Origin: Spirochaetia bacterium
Lineage (GTDB): Bacteria > Spirochaetota > Spirochaetia > SZUA-6 > Bin103
Assembly (NCBI GenBank): GCA_965199955.1
Contig: CBDATQ010000001.1
Location: 1,824,001 to 1,888,000 of the forward strand
Reading direction: 5' to 3'
Length of the DNA stretch: 64,000 bases
Shown here: positions 41,062 to 51,069 of the stretch, piece after piece
Layout: every line of letters starts with the position of its first letter
Numbering within the stretch: position 1 is the stretch's first letter
Made by a program: the position numbers and the translations under genes
The notes under the pieces: generated by a model
Seen by the model: the letters and a program-made list of their open reading frames with translations, nothing else
Database searches by the model: none
Told to the model about the DNA's origin: nothing

Positions 41062-42390
41062 ATGCTGAAGCGGGTTCACATCAAGGGCTTCAAGTCTCTC
41101 GTCGACGTGGAACTGCGCCTTGAGCCGCTCACCGTCCTCATCGGCGCGAATGCCTCCGGCAAAAGCAACTTCCTCGATGCCCTTCAGTTGCTGGCCGGAT
41201 TGGCGACCAGCCGAACCGTGAAACAGGCATTCGATCCTCCATACCGGGGCAAGCCCCTTGAGTCATTCAACATCGGAAAGGACGGCATCAAGGGGTTACT
41301 CGACCAGGATCGATTGACGTTCTCGATCGAAGCGGACCTGCAAGTCTCCGATGCTGTCGTCGGCGCCGTCGACCGGCAGATCCGGGAGATGCGGCGCCGG
41401 CCTCGGGAATCCCTTTCCGAGGACACGAGCAAGCGGGTCACGGGAGTCCGCGAGAGAAACCTGCGCTACCGCATCGAGGTGGAGATGCAGCCCAGGACCG
41501 GCATTCTGGCGGTCGCCGACGAGTACCTTGCTGCCTTGAACAGCGATGGGGAACCGACCGGCAGGCGCAAGCCGTTCATCGAGCGGCAAGGAAACGAACG
41601 CCTTCACCTGCGTCATGAAGGTCAGGCTCACCCGACGTACCACGAACTCTACCTGGACCACACGATTCTCTCGCTGTCGCACTATCCGCCGCATTATCCT
41701 CACCTGATTGCGGCGAAGTATGAGCTTGAGCGCTGGCTGTTCTTCTACTTCGAGCCGCGCGAACGCATGCGAGCAGCGAATCCGGTCAAGGACGTGCGGC
41801 ACATCGGCTTGATGGGGGAGGAGTTGGGCGCGTTCCTCAACACGCTCAAGGCAGTCGACCCAGGGCAGTTCAAGACCGTGCAGAAGGCCTTGCACAGCCT
41901 GCTGCCGAACATCGACGGGATCGAGGTCGACGTGACCGATCTCGGCGAGGTGGAGCTGCGTATCGTCGAAGGTGGCATCGCGATGCCCGCCGGCGTGCTC
42001 TCGGAGGGCACCCTGCGGATGCTCGGACTTCTCGCGCTGGCAAGCACGGAACCGCCTTGCTTGGTTGGCTTCGAAGAGCCCGAGAACGGAGTCCACCCGC
42101 GCCGGATCGAGCTGATCGCCGAGTGGCTCCGAACGCGGCGGAGCCTGGGACAGACCCAGTACATCGTCACGACGCACTCGCCGCTGCTGCCGGACTTGCT
42201 GGAGGATGACTCCCTTTTCGTGGTCCGCCGTCAGAATGGACACACGGGCATCGACCCGCTGTCCCACTGGGGGCCACTGGCGGAGTGGGGACCGCTGGGG
42301 CGAGAGGGCGCGATACGTCAGGCGCTCGCCGACGAACACGAGGCGACCTCCGTCTCTGAGCGAATCCTCAGAGGCGACTTCGATGCATGA
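41062..42390 (+). CDS. AAA_21/ABC-type ATPase
   Basis: Walker A GANASGKS, signature LSEGTLR, Walker B/D-loop FEEPENGVHP and TTHSP. Confidence 0.9.
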   Translation: MLKRVHIKGFKSLVDVELRLEPLTVLIGANASGKSNFLDALQLLAGLATSRTVKQAFDPPYRGKPLESFNIGKDGIKGLLDQDRLTFSIEADLQVSDAVVGAVDRQIREMRRRPRESLSEDTSKRVTGVRERNLRYRIEVEMQPRTGILAVADEYLAALNSDGEPTGRRKPFIERQGNERLHLRHEGQAHPTYHELYLDHTILSLSHYPPHYPHLIAAKYELERWLFFYFEPRERMRAANPVKDVRHIGLMGEELGAFLNTLKAVDPGQFKTVQKALHSLLPNIDGIEVDVTDLGEVELRIVEGGIAMPAGVLSEGTLRMLGLLALASTEPPCLVGFEEPENGVHPRRIELIAEWLRTRRSLGQTQYIVTTHSPLLPDLLEDDSLFVVRRQNGHTGIDPLSHWGPLAEWGPLGREGAIRQALADEHEATSVSERILRGDFDA

Positions 42391-42964
42391 GATCGCTCTG
42401 TTCGTCGAGGATCATGCCCACGAGGTGGTCGTTGGCACGTTGGTTGAACGAGCCGCTCAGGAGATCGGCGTGGCCGTACACCTGCACTGTCGCAGCGCCA
42501 CCGGAGGCCACGGGATGGTGGTACATCAGCTTGAACGGTATCTGCGCGACCTGCGGACGCAGGGCAGCCCCTGGCCGCATCTGATCGTCGTCGCCACGGA
42601 CGCCAACTGCCAGGGCGTCCGCGAGCGCATCCGCGGGGTAGCCCCGGAGAACCCGCCCGCGCCGGTGGTCCTGGCGGTTCCGGACCCGCATGTCGAACGC
42701 TGGCTGCTGCTTGACGGTGCGGCCTTCAAGGCTGTGTTCGGTCAGGGATGCGAGGCTCCCGACCACAAGTGCAGCCGGAATCGCTACAAGGACCTGCTGA
42801 TCGCCGCCATCCGCGATGCCGGCCGTACGCCCTCCTTCGGCGGTATCGAGTGGGCCGAAGACATCGTCCGCCACATGGACCTCGACCGAGCCGCCCGGTC
42901 AGACGCATCGCTCCGCAGCTTCATTGACAACTTGCGCACCACGTTCCGAGGTTGGAAACAGTGA
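42383..42964 (+). CDS. DUF4276-like (TOPRIM-like) partner of the ATPase
   Basis: LFVED, VATDAN, PHVERWLLLD and SLRSF. Overlaps the ATPase stop. Confidence 0.65.
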   Translation: MHEIALFVEDHAHEVVVGTLVERAAQEIGVAVHLHCRSATGGHGMVVHQLERYLRDLRTQGSPWPHLIVVATDANCQGVRERIRGVAPENPPAPVVLAVPDPHVERWLLLDGAAFKAVFGQGCEAPDHKCSRNRYKDLLIAAIRDAGRTPSFGGIEWAEDIVRHMDLDRAARSDASLRSFIDNLRTTFRGWKQ

Positions 42965-43157
42965 ACACTGGCAAGTGCCTGATATGGCCGGACAGTCCCG
43001 CCACTATGCGGGGACTGGAACCGGTCCGTATTCAGGGCAAGTGTTCGTGGCGATGTGGTTCGATGAAGAGATGGAACACGCCTATAGTCATGGCATCGCC
43101 CCTGCGATGGAGAGCGCTGGCTACAAGCCCATGAGGGGAGTGACTCGGAAAGCATGA
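42961..43157 (+). pseudogene. Collapsed remnant of a nucleoside 2-deoxyribosyltransferase-like/TIR-like domain gene
   Basis: GTGA-coupled start MNTGKCLIW. In another frame, QVFVAMWFDEEMEHAYSHGIAPAMESAGYKPMR, cut off thereafter. Confidence 0.55.
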
Positions 43158-43633
43158 ACGATACGCGCGCGGCATTCCTGCATCTTCTCGCGACGATCGC
43201 CTACCGGGCGCGGTATGCGCTTCGGGGTGCGCCGGAGTCGTTCGGCTCGTTCCGGGCCGGCAGCGAGATATGGACGCCGGCCGAGCTCGTGCGGCACATG
43301 ACGAGCGTGCTCGGATACGTGCGTTCGTGCTTCGAGGGAACGGAGCGGCCACGCATCGACCCGCTGCCGGATCTGGGCGCGGAGATCACGCGGTTCCACG
43401 AGATGATCGAGGACGTGGCGCGGCACGTCAGGGCGGGTACGGAGTCCCGGGGCATGAGCGCGGAGCAGATCCTGCAGGGTCCGTTCGCCGACGCGCTGAC
43501 CCATGTCGGGCAGCTCGCCATGCTGCGCCGCCTGTCCGGCTCTCCCGTAGAGCGCGAGAGCTTCATCCAGGCGCACGTGGACCCGGCCGATCTTGGTCCG
43601 GACCGGCCCGGACGGCAGCCGCCGGAGGAGTGA
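43154..43633 (+). CDS. DinB-like four-helix protein
   Basis: TPAELVRHM and DALTHVGQLAMLRRL. Confidence 0.8.
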   Translation: MNDTRAAFLHLLATIAYRARYALRGAPESFGSFRAGSEIWTPAELVRHMTSVLGYVRSCFEGTERPRIDPLPDLGAEITRFHEMIEDVARHVRAGTESRGMSAEQILQGPFADALTHVGQLAMLRRLSGSPVERESFIQAHVDPADLGPDRPGRQPPEE

Positions 43634-44496
43634 CGGTCGTGAAACTGAGAGAGAACTGCCTGGGCTTCGAGCTCCACGACGGCGGGCGCTTCGTGGCGCT
43701 GTACCGGGCGCGGGAGGAGCTGCCGCGAAACGAGTCACCCAAGCCGTGTTTCGCGCCGATCCATACCCGCTCCGGAGTCCTGGTCACCGAGTACCGGCCC
43801 GCCGACCACGCCTGGCACACCGGGCTGTACTTCGGCTGGGTCCATGCCAACGACGCCAACCTGTGGGGCGGCAACTGGTTCCTGCCGGAGACGGGCACGT
43901 ACGAGCACGTCCCGTCCAGCCACGGCGTGCAGCGCCATGACCGGTTCATCGAACACCGTGGCGTCGCAAACGGAGCCGGGATCACCGAGGAGCTCACGTG
44001 GCTGGACGGAAGCGACCAGCCGATCGCCACCGAGCGGCGGGAATACCGATTCCGCGCGCTGGAGAACGGGGCAGGGTACTTCTGGACGATCGAGACCTGG
44101 ATCAAGGCGGCCGGGGAGCGGCTGGTGCTGGGCGCGTCGCGGGCGGCGCGCTACAGCGGCCTGGAGCTGCGCATGGGCCCGCCGTTCGCTCCGGCCCGGC
44201 ACCGCAGCAGCGAGGGGCTCGTCGGCCACGAGAACATCATGGGCCAGCGGGCGCGCTGGGTGGCCGCCGCCGGGGACGGCGGGGGTGCGGTGGTGATGAT
44301 CCACCCGGAGAATCCCCGGCATCCCGTCACCTGGTTCACGCGCGAGAAGCTGCTCGGCGCCGGCCTGCTGATGGAGGGAGACCTGGAGGTACACCGCCGG
44401 GAGCCGCTGCGGCTGCGGTACGGCTTCGCCATCCTCGATCGGGAGCCTTCGGTGGACGAGGTCGAGGCGCTCTACGCCGGGTACGTCGGCGGGTAG
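43630..44496 (+). CDS. DUF6807/PmoA-like domain protein
   Basis: KPCFAPI, PADHAWHTGLYFG, YSGLELR, HPENP and LRLRY. Confidence 0.75.
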   Translation: MTVVKLRENCLGFELHDGGRFVALYRAREELPRNESPKPCFAPIHTRSGVLVTEYRPADHAWHTGLYFGWVHANDANLWGGNWFLPETGTYEHVPSSHGVQRHDRFIEHRGVANGAGITEELTWLDGSDQPIATERREYRFRALENGAGYFWTIETWIKAAGERLVLGASRAARYSGLELRMGPPFAPARHRSSEGLVGHENIMGQRARWVAAAGDGGGAVVMIHPENPRHPVTWFTREKLLGAGLLMEGDLEVHRREPLRLRYGFAILDREPSVDEVEALYAGYVGG

Positions 44497-44547
44497 CCGG
44501 CCGGTCGCCTACCGGGCCTCGTCTCCGAGCATCAGGGCCCGGCAGAC

Positions 44548-44691
44548 ACAAGGTGTGTCGAGAGGTCTCGTCGAGACTGATCAACACGTCCAGATCGCTC
44601 TCGGGGCCAAAGTCGTCGCGGAGCACCGAGCCAGACACGGCGAGTTCGGAAACGCCCCAGCGCGTGCAGAAATCGGGATTTCAACGGTCAA
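44548..44691 (-). pseudogene. Remnant of an MNT nucleotidyltransferase antitoxin
   Basis: LTVEIP, then a frameshift, then DFCTRWGVSELAVSGSVLRDDFGPESDLDVLI. The rest is missing. Confidence 0.75.
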
Positions 44692-45917
44692 CCGCTCGTG
44701 ACGCCCTCCACCGCGCGTTCGCGTCCCCCGGCCGCGAGCAGGCAGACGATCGCCACGACGAAGACGGCGGCGATGATGAGGAAGGCGGCCGAGAAAGATC
44801 CGGTGCGGTCGTGGATCCAGCCGGCCAGGACCGGCGCGGCGGCCATCGAGCCGGTCGCCGCCACCTGCACGACGCCCTGGATGGCGCCGAACTCCTTCAT
44901 CCCGAACGCCTCCTGGACGATCAGCACCAGCAGGGCGCCGAGCCCGCCGAAGCCGAGCCCGAACACGAAGATCCCGGACCACATCGCCGGCGCCGAGGCG
45001 GCCAGCGCCATGATCACGAGTCCCACGGTCTGCAGGGCCACCGACAGGACACAGCAGAGGCGGGCGGTCCAGCGCTCGCTGGCCCTGCCGAAGGCCAGCT
45101 TCGAGCCGATCCCCATGGCCGCGATCACCGCCAGACCGGTGGTGGCCAGCGCCGGGGAGAAGCCCTGCTCGGCGAAGTGCTGGCGAAGCTGGGTCAGCAC
45201 CCCCTGGTAGGTGAAGGTGGCGGCGAACAGGCCGCAGAGAATCAGCCAGAAGCGCCGCGTGCGCAGCGCCTGTCGCAGGGTGATGCCGCTCTCCATCAGG
45301 CGGCGCGACTCCCGCGCGGCGCCGCTGCGGCGGGTGCGGTGCATCTCGCGCGCCACCAGCTCCTCGTCCTCGCGGATGATCACCTGCGCCGCCACCGCCA
45401 GCGCCAGCAGCAGGATCCCGAAGGCCAGGAAGCCCCACTGCCAGCCGCTGGCGGCGACCAGGGCGGCGGCCAGCGCCGGCATGGTCAGGCCGCCGACGTT
45501 GTTGCCGGAGGTCACCGCGCCCATCACCCGCCCGCGGGTGGCGGGGAACCAGAGCCCCACCAGCTTGCCCGCCGGCATCACCGTGGCGCCCGGAAAGCCG
45601 GCGTAGACCAGGGCGCTGAACAGGTACCAGTGCCAGAGCGACGTGATCAGTGGCCGCAGCAGGAAGCCGGCGGCGACCAGCAGCAGGGAGATCACCGTCA
45701 CCGGCCGCGCGCCCCAGCGGTCCATGGCGCGGCCGGCGAAGGGCGCCACCAGGCCGGACACGACCGCCAGCGAGAGCGACAGGTTGAGGGCGGTCTGGCT
45801 CCACCCGAAGGCCTCGCGCAGCGGAGCGGCGAACTCGCCGAAGGCGTACTGGCTGGTGCCGATGGTGAGCCCCGTGGAGAGGAAGGCCACCACCGCGATC
45901 GGGTAACCGCGGTACAA
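44688..45917 (-). CDS. MFS transporter (OFA-like)
   Basis: GRAMDRWGAR motif A, WFPATRG and about 12 hydrophobic segments. Confidence 0.9.
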   Translation of the reverse strand: MYRGYPIAVVAFLSTGLTIGTSQYAFGEFAAPLREAFGWSQTALNLSLSLAVVSGLVAPFAGRAMDRWGARPVTVISLLLVAAGFLLRPLITSLWHWYLFSALVYAGFPGATVMPAGKLVGLWFPATRGRVMGAVTSGNNVGGLTMPALAAALVAASGWQWGFLAFGILLLALAVAAQVIIREDEELVAREMHRTRRSGAARESRRLMESGITLRQALRTRRFWLILCGLFAATFTYQGVLTQLRQHFAEQGFSPALATTGLAVIAAMGIGSKLAFGRASERWTARLCCVLSVALQTVGLVIMALAASAPAMWSGIFVFGLGFGGLGALLVLIVQEAFGMKEFGAIQGVVQVAATGSMAAAPVLAGWIHDRTGSFSAAFLIIAAVFVVAIVCLLAAGGRERAVEGVTSG

Positions 45918-45928
45918 GGGGGTGCGGG

Positions 45929-46069
45929 TTATCCCGAGCGGATCACGCGGTCGAGGTCCGCGCCGGTCAGGGGCAGGTCGACCCAGGCCGAGCCGCGCTC
46001 GTGCGAGGCGTGCAGCGCCGAGATCACCTCCAGGCCGGCGATGCCGGCCCGATACTTGTGTCCCTTCAC
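45929..46069 (-). pseudogene. Internally collapsed Gfo/Idh/MocA oxidoreductase (46 codons)
   Basis: RBS aaggagg and GTG, MKGHKYRAGI joined directly to AGLEVISALHASHERGSAWVDLPL...*. These resemble both termini of the intact homologue at 59982-61076 (MKRYRVGIIGLG; VADSHRRGGAWVDLPL). Confidence 0.75.
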
Positions 46070-46117
46070 GTTCTCGTGACCTCCTTCACGATGCGATCCC
46101 GAGCAGCAGATCGTGCG

Positions 46118-46942
46118 CTAGCCCTTCAGGGCGCCGCTGACAAGACCGGATTGAATGTGTCGCTGCAGAAACAGATAGAGCACCATGATCGGTACGACGA
46201 CCAGTGCCAACGTCGCCAATATCAGGTTCCACTGCAACGCATACCGCCCTGCATATTGCACTACCGAGAGCTGCAGCGTCATCAGCCTTGGTTCCTGAAG
46301 CAGGAGCAGCGCCAGGATGAAGTCGTTCCAGATCCCCAGGGCGTTGATCATGACGGCCGTCACGGTCACCGACTTGACCAACGGGAACACGACGGAGAAG
46401 AAGGTCCGAATCGACCCGGCCCCCTCCATCGAAGCCGCCTCCTCGAGCTCCATCGGGATCTGCACGAAGAACCCTCGATACAGATAGATCGTGAAAGGAC
46501 ACAGCAACGCCGCCGCCACGATGATGAATCCGAACCTCGAACCGAGGAGACCGGCCCATCCGACCACCTGCACGAGCGGTATCATGATCGTCTGAAACGG
46601 CAGCATCATCGAAAGGACGAAGAACAGGAGCAACCACGTCGTCAGACGTGACATCGACCGCGCGATACGATAGGCAGCCATCGCCGAAAACAGGACCACC
46701 ACCGCGACCCCGCCACAGGTGACGATCACCGTATTCACCAGTGCGCGGAAATAGCGCATGTTCTTCCAGGCGAGAGCGTAGTTCTCGATATTGATCGCGT
46801 TGGGAAACGCCAGGAAGGACTGGAACATCTCCGCCTGCGATTTGAACGTATTGATCAGAAGAAAGAATATGGGCACGAAGAAGATCAAGCCGACGACGAG
46901 AGCCGCCAACTCCAGGCTGCCTCGCTGGATTGCCCTGATCAA
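46118..46942 (-). CDS. Carbohydrate ABC transporter permease
   Basis: INTFKS, ELEEAASMEGA, IWNDF and LFLQRHIQSGL. Confidence 0.9.
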   Translation of the reverse strand: MIRAIQRGSLELAALVVGLIFFVPIFFLLINTFKSQAEMFQSFLAFPNAINIENYALAWKNMRYFRALVNTVIVTCGGVAVVVLFSAMAAYRIARSMSRLTTWLLLFFVLSMMLPFQTIMIPLVQVVGWAGLLGSRFGFIIVAAALLCPFTIYLYRGFFVQIPMELEEAASMEGAGSIRTFFSVVFPLVKSVTVTAVMINALGIWNDFILALLLLQEPRLMTLQLSVVQYAGRYALQWNLILATLALVVVPIMVLYLFLQRHIQSGLVSGALKG

Positions 46943-47823
46943 GTGTGGATCTCCTTCGATCGCAGGTACTTCAACTGAACGGCGGTCACTACGAGAACCA
47001 TCACCGCAAACAGGACCGCCTTTGCAGAGCCGGCTCCATATCGGAAGGCCTGCAGTCCGTCCGCGTAGATGTTGTACGCAATGGTGTGACTGGCCTTCCC
47101 GGGACCTCCGCCGGTCAGACTGAAGACGATATCGAACACCTTCAGTGATCCGGTCGTGGTGATGAAGAGCGACGCTATGAATGCCGGAACAAGAAAGGGG
47201 ATCGTCAGACGCATGAGCCGCTGAAACGAGGAAGCGCCATCGATGATCATGGCGGCGCGCAGGTCTTCCGGTATCTCCTGCAGCCCGGCAAGGTAGATGA
47301 TCATGACGAACCCAACGCTTCTCCAGAGCTCCGGTACCAGAACGACCAGCACGATGCCGTCCGACAGGTTCAGGAGCGTCTGTTCCAGGAAGCCGATATG
47401 CAAAACCCGGCCGACATCGGGAACGATCGTCCGGTACAGAAACCTCCACAGGAAACCGACGACGATCATGCTGATGACGTTCGGCATGAATATGAGCGCT
47501 CGCGCGACGTTCTTGACGCTGAGCTCCAGGTTCACCAGCAGCGCCAGCAGCAAGGCGAGCACGTTCGTCCACATCACGGCCAGGAGCGCGAAGGAGAATG
47601 TGAACCGGACCGAGCGCAGGAAGTCCTCGTCGTACGTCAGGGCTTCGACGTAGTTCGCGAACCCGATGAACGTGAACGTCTTCTGCAGCCCGTCCCAGTC
47701 GGTCAGGGAATACATGAAGCTCAGGGCTATGGGAAGGAAGAAAAACGCGGTGTACAGGACGAGTATCGGCCCTACGAAGAACACGCTGCTGGCGATGTGT
47801 CTTGTTCTTCTGGTGATGGTCAT
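46939..47823 (-). CDS. Carbohydrate ABC transporter permease
   Basis: YSLTDWDG, FIGFANY, IYLAGLQEIP..AAMIIDGA and LTGGGPG. Confidence 0.92.
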   Translation of the reverse strand: MTITRRTRHIASSVFFVGPILVLYTAFFFLPIALSFMYSLTDWDGLQKTFTFIGFANYVEALTYDEDFLRSVRFTFSFALLAVMWTNVLALLLALLVNLELSVKNVARALIFMPNVISMIVVGFLWRFLYRTIVPDVGRVLHIGFLEQTLLNLSDGIVLVVLVPELWRSVGFVMIIYLAGLQEIPEDLRAAMIIDGASSFQRLMRLTIPFLVPAFIASLFITTTGSLKVFDIVFSLTGGGPGKASHTIAYNIYADGLQAFRYGAGSAKAVLFAVMVLVVTAVQLKYLRSKEIHT

Positions 47824-47842
47824 CGCTGGGAAGGAGACGATC

Positions 47843-47934
47843 AGTAGCTGGTGGCGACCGGTGCCGCCACCAGCTACTCCGCGCTGCGCAACGCCCCGCG
47901 GGGATGCTCCGCTACCCTGATCGTTGCGTAGCGC
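47843..47934. repeat. Two intergenic inverted repeats between the binding-protein and permease genes
   Basis: Perfect 14-bp stem agtagctggtggcg/cgccaccagctact (47843-47878). Second imperfect pair gcgctgcgcaacg/cgttgcgtagcgc (47881-47934). Confidence 0.75.
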
Positions 47935-47946
47935 AGGAATCGTGTG

Positions 47947-49005
47947 TTACTTGAACCAGTTCTCGTAGACGCCGCGTATCGCTTGTTCGGCTGATATTTC
48001 TCCAAGGAAATACTGCTGCATGATGGCACTTCCCTCGGCGCGACCGGCCTCGCTCATGAGTACCTGCGACCACGGAACGATGGCGCCGGCTTCCTTGTAT
48101 CGGAGAACGTCTTCCGCGGCGGGCAACAGCGGCACGTCGACGCCGGTCACGACGGGAATCTCCTTGAACAGCTCGCTGTACTTCGTGTTGCCTTCAACGG
48201 AGGTGACCCAGTCGAGAAACCCGATCGCTTCGTCCCGATGCTCTGTCTGTGCCCCGACGCCCAGGCTCACACCGATGTTCGCCGACAGCCTGGCATCTTC
48301 GGGATTCTCCGAATAGGGAACGGCCGCGTAGCGCATGTTCACGTCGGGGTTCAGTCCCAGTACGTGGTTGAGTGCCCACGTGCCCATTTGAATCATGGCC
48401 ACCTGCTCGGTTGCGAAGTGGTTGATGAAGGTGCCGTAATCGCTGCCTTGCGATTCATCGAGCGAGTTGTCGAACTGCAGGTCGATGGCCCTCATGGCCA
48501 GCAAATGCTCTTCGAGCAGGATGTCCCCGGTCGCACCGTCACTCGCGAACTGAAAGACATCCGGTTGGACAGACGCGATAGCCGTGTAGAACATCTGTCC
48601 GTGAGTCCAGGCCTCCAGTCCCGCTACGCTGAAGGGCGTGAACCCGGCGGCACGCAGCTTGTCGATCGCGTCTTCGAGTCCGCTGATCGTCTTGGGGAAT
48701 TCATCGATACCGGCTTGATCGAACATGGCCCTGTTGTACATGATCCCCATGGCTGCGAAATTGGTCGGCACGCCGTAGATGTTTCCGTCAGGGGCGGTCA
48801 TTTGCGGAAGGACGGCTTCGTCGAAGTGACCGATAAGGGGCAGTCCCTTCAGGTTCACCATGTGCCCTGCCTTCCCCAGATCATAGAGACCCTGGTACTC
48901 TCCCATGACGATATCCGGCATGGTGTTCGATGCGATCCTGGCGGTCAGACTACCGAAGAAGTCCGCCGCAGGAATGATCGTCTCCACGGTGACATTCGGA
49001 TGCAG
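47947..49005 (-). pseudogene. Sugar ABC substrate-binding protein lacking its N-terminus and signal peptide
   Basis: HPNVTVE...MPDI...DGNIYGVP...YNRAMFDQAGI. Upstream there is an RBS aggagga and an in-frame stop, but no ATG or signal peptide. Confidence 0.75.
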
Positions 49006-49164
49006 TAAGTCCTCCTATCGGGCAGTCACGGTTTGGATTTCTGGAGATGGTCCCAATTTACTGGACGCCTCATTCGGCAGGTTAAGGTGTGGTCGGTTGG
49101 CTTGTCAACCTGCCCGTCGCTCGGGTAGTGTCGCAGTCATGGATCGCTCCCTCGGTCGGTATAG

Positions 49165-51069
49165 ATGACACGACGAACCTCAATTCATGCAGTCCCTGCC
49201 ACCGAAGTCGCGTTGAAGACGGGGATGTGGGCCACGCGCGTGGCCGTCAACGGGGAGCGGACCGTACCCTATTGCCTGTCGCGTTGCGAGGACACGGGCC
49301 GCCTGCGCAACTTCGATGCTGCAGCCGCGGGGGACCGATCGCTGTTCGAAGGCCTGCACTTCAACGACTCCGACGTCTTCAAGACGCTGGAGGGAGTCGC
49401 CACGGTCCTTGCGCAGACACGGGATCCGGACCTGGAGCGCCAGGCGGACGAGCTGATCGCGCGGATCGCCGCGGCGCAGGAACCCGACGGCTACCTGTAC
49501 ACGATTCGAACCTCCGGGGCGCACGTCGGGAGTAAGTCCGCGGGCCCCGCGCGCTGGTCGAATCTGGAACAGGGCCACGAGCTGTACAACGTCGGACATC
49601 TCTACGAGGCGGCGGTCGCGTATGCCGATGCGACGGGCAAGGACAACCTCCTCGCGGTGGCGACGAAGAGCGCCGACTTCGTGGCCGATACCTTCGGTCC
49701 CGACGCGCTGGTGGGCGTCCCCGGCCACGAGGAGATCGAGATCGGCTTGATGCGGCTGGCGCGGAAGACGGGGCGGAGCCGCTATGCCGAGCTTGCCCGC
49801 TTCTTCCTCGACGCCAGGGGAAGGGCCGGGAAGAACGACGCCGGTGGCCCCGACGGCAGCGGCCCCACCGACAACGCTGCATACGCACAGGACCACGTCC
49901 CGGTGCTGGAGCAGAGCGAGGCGGTCGGGCACGCGGTCCGCGCCGGGTACCTGTACATCGCCATGACGGAAACCGCGCTCGGCGCGAACGGCGGGTCGGA
50001 CTCTGACGCGTACGCCGCGGCGGTGCTGCGCCTGTGGCACGACATCGTGGGACGAAAGCTCTACCTCACCGGAGGCATCGGAGCGCGCCCGGAGATCGAG
50101 GGCTTCGGAGAACCCTACGAGCTTCCCAACGACAGCGCCTACGCGGAGACCTGCGCTTCCATCGCGCTGGTCCTGTGGGCGCGCCGACTCTTCCTCCTGA
50201 CCGGCAGCGCCGACCACTACGACGTGCTGGAGCGAACGCTCTACAACGGACTGCTCGCGGGGGTCGCGCTCGGCGGCGCCGAGTTCTTCTACGCGAATCC
50301 GCTCGAAGCCGACGGCGTGGCCGGCTTCAACATCGGCTCGGCAGCACGCCAGCCGTGGTTCGAGTGCTCGTGCTGTCCCACCAACGTGGCCCGCTTCATC
50401 GGGACCGTGGACTCCTACATCTTCGCCACGAGCGAAGACTGCGTATACGTGAATCTCTACATCCCTTCCGAAGCGACCGTCGCGGTTGCCGGGGCGGAGC
50501 TGCAGCTCAACCTCGCCACGGAGTACCCCTGGAACGGCAGCATTTCGCTCACGGTCCGGACGGAAACGCCCGTTTGGGCGACCGTCCGGCTCAGGCTGCC
50601 GGGATGGGCACGAGGGCGGCCGGTGCCCTCGTGCCTCTACCGGTACCGGGACGCCAACGCCGATCGTCTGGAGGTCGCGGTCAACCGCGATGCGGTCACT
50701 CCGCCGGTCACCGATGCAGGCTACCTGGAGATCGCCCGGGAGTGGCGTTCCGGTGACGTGGTGACGCTCGGGCTGCCGATGCCGGTCAGATTCGTGGAGG
50801 CCGACGATCGAGTGGAGGCCGACCGCGGCAAGGTCGCGCTCGAGCGCGGCCCGCTGGTCTACTGCCTCGAACAGGCCGACAACGGCGGCGACGTTCGCCA
50901 GCGGACCCTGACCGCGCCGGCGGAGTGGCAGGCCGAACCCCGGCCCGACCTGCTCGGCGGCATCACGGTCCTGACGAACGGCGAGCTGACCGCGGTGCCT
51001 TACTTCGCCTGGGGGCATCGCGGCGCCGGGAGCATGGCCGTGTGGCTGCCGGAGGCGGCGAGTCGATGA
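49165..51069 (+). CDS. GH127 beta-L-arabinofuranosidase-like protein
   Basis: FNDSDVFK, HELYNVGHL, GHEEIE, GHAVR, YAETCAS, CSCCPTN and ERGPLVYC. Confidence 0.93.
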   Translation: MTRRTSIHAVPATEVALKTGMWATRVAVNGERTVPYCLSRCEDTGRLRNFDAAAAGDRSLFEGLHFNDSDVFKTLEGVATVLAQTRDPDLERQADELIARIAAAQEPDGYLYTIRTSGAHVGSKSAGPARWSNLEQGHELYNVGHLYEAAVAYADATGKDNLLAVATKSADFVADTFGPDALVGVPGHEEIEIGLMRLARKTGRSRYAELARFFLDARGRAGKNDAGGPDGSGPTDNAAYAQDHVPVLEQSEAVGHAVRAGYLYIAMTETALGANGGSDSDAYAAAVLRLWHDIVGRKLYLTGGIGARPEIEGFGEPYELPNDSAYAETCASIALVLWARRLFLLTGSADHYDVLERTLYNGLLAGVALGGAEFFYANPLEADGVAGFNIGSAARQPWFECSCCPTNVARFIGTVDSYIFATSEDCVYVNLYIPSEATVAVAGAELQLNLATEYPWNGSISLTVRTETPVWATVRLRLPGWARGRPVPSCLYRYRDANADRLEVAVNRDAVTPPVTDAGYLEIAREWRSGDVVTLGLPMPVRFVEADDRVEADRGKVALERGPLVYCLEQADNGGDVRQRTLTAPAEWQAEPRPDLLGGITVLTNGELTAVPYFAWGHRGAGSMAVWLPEAASR

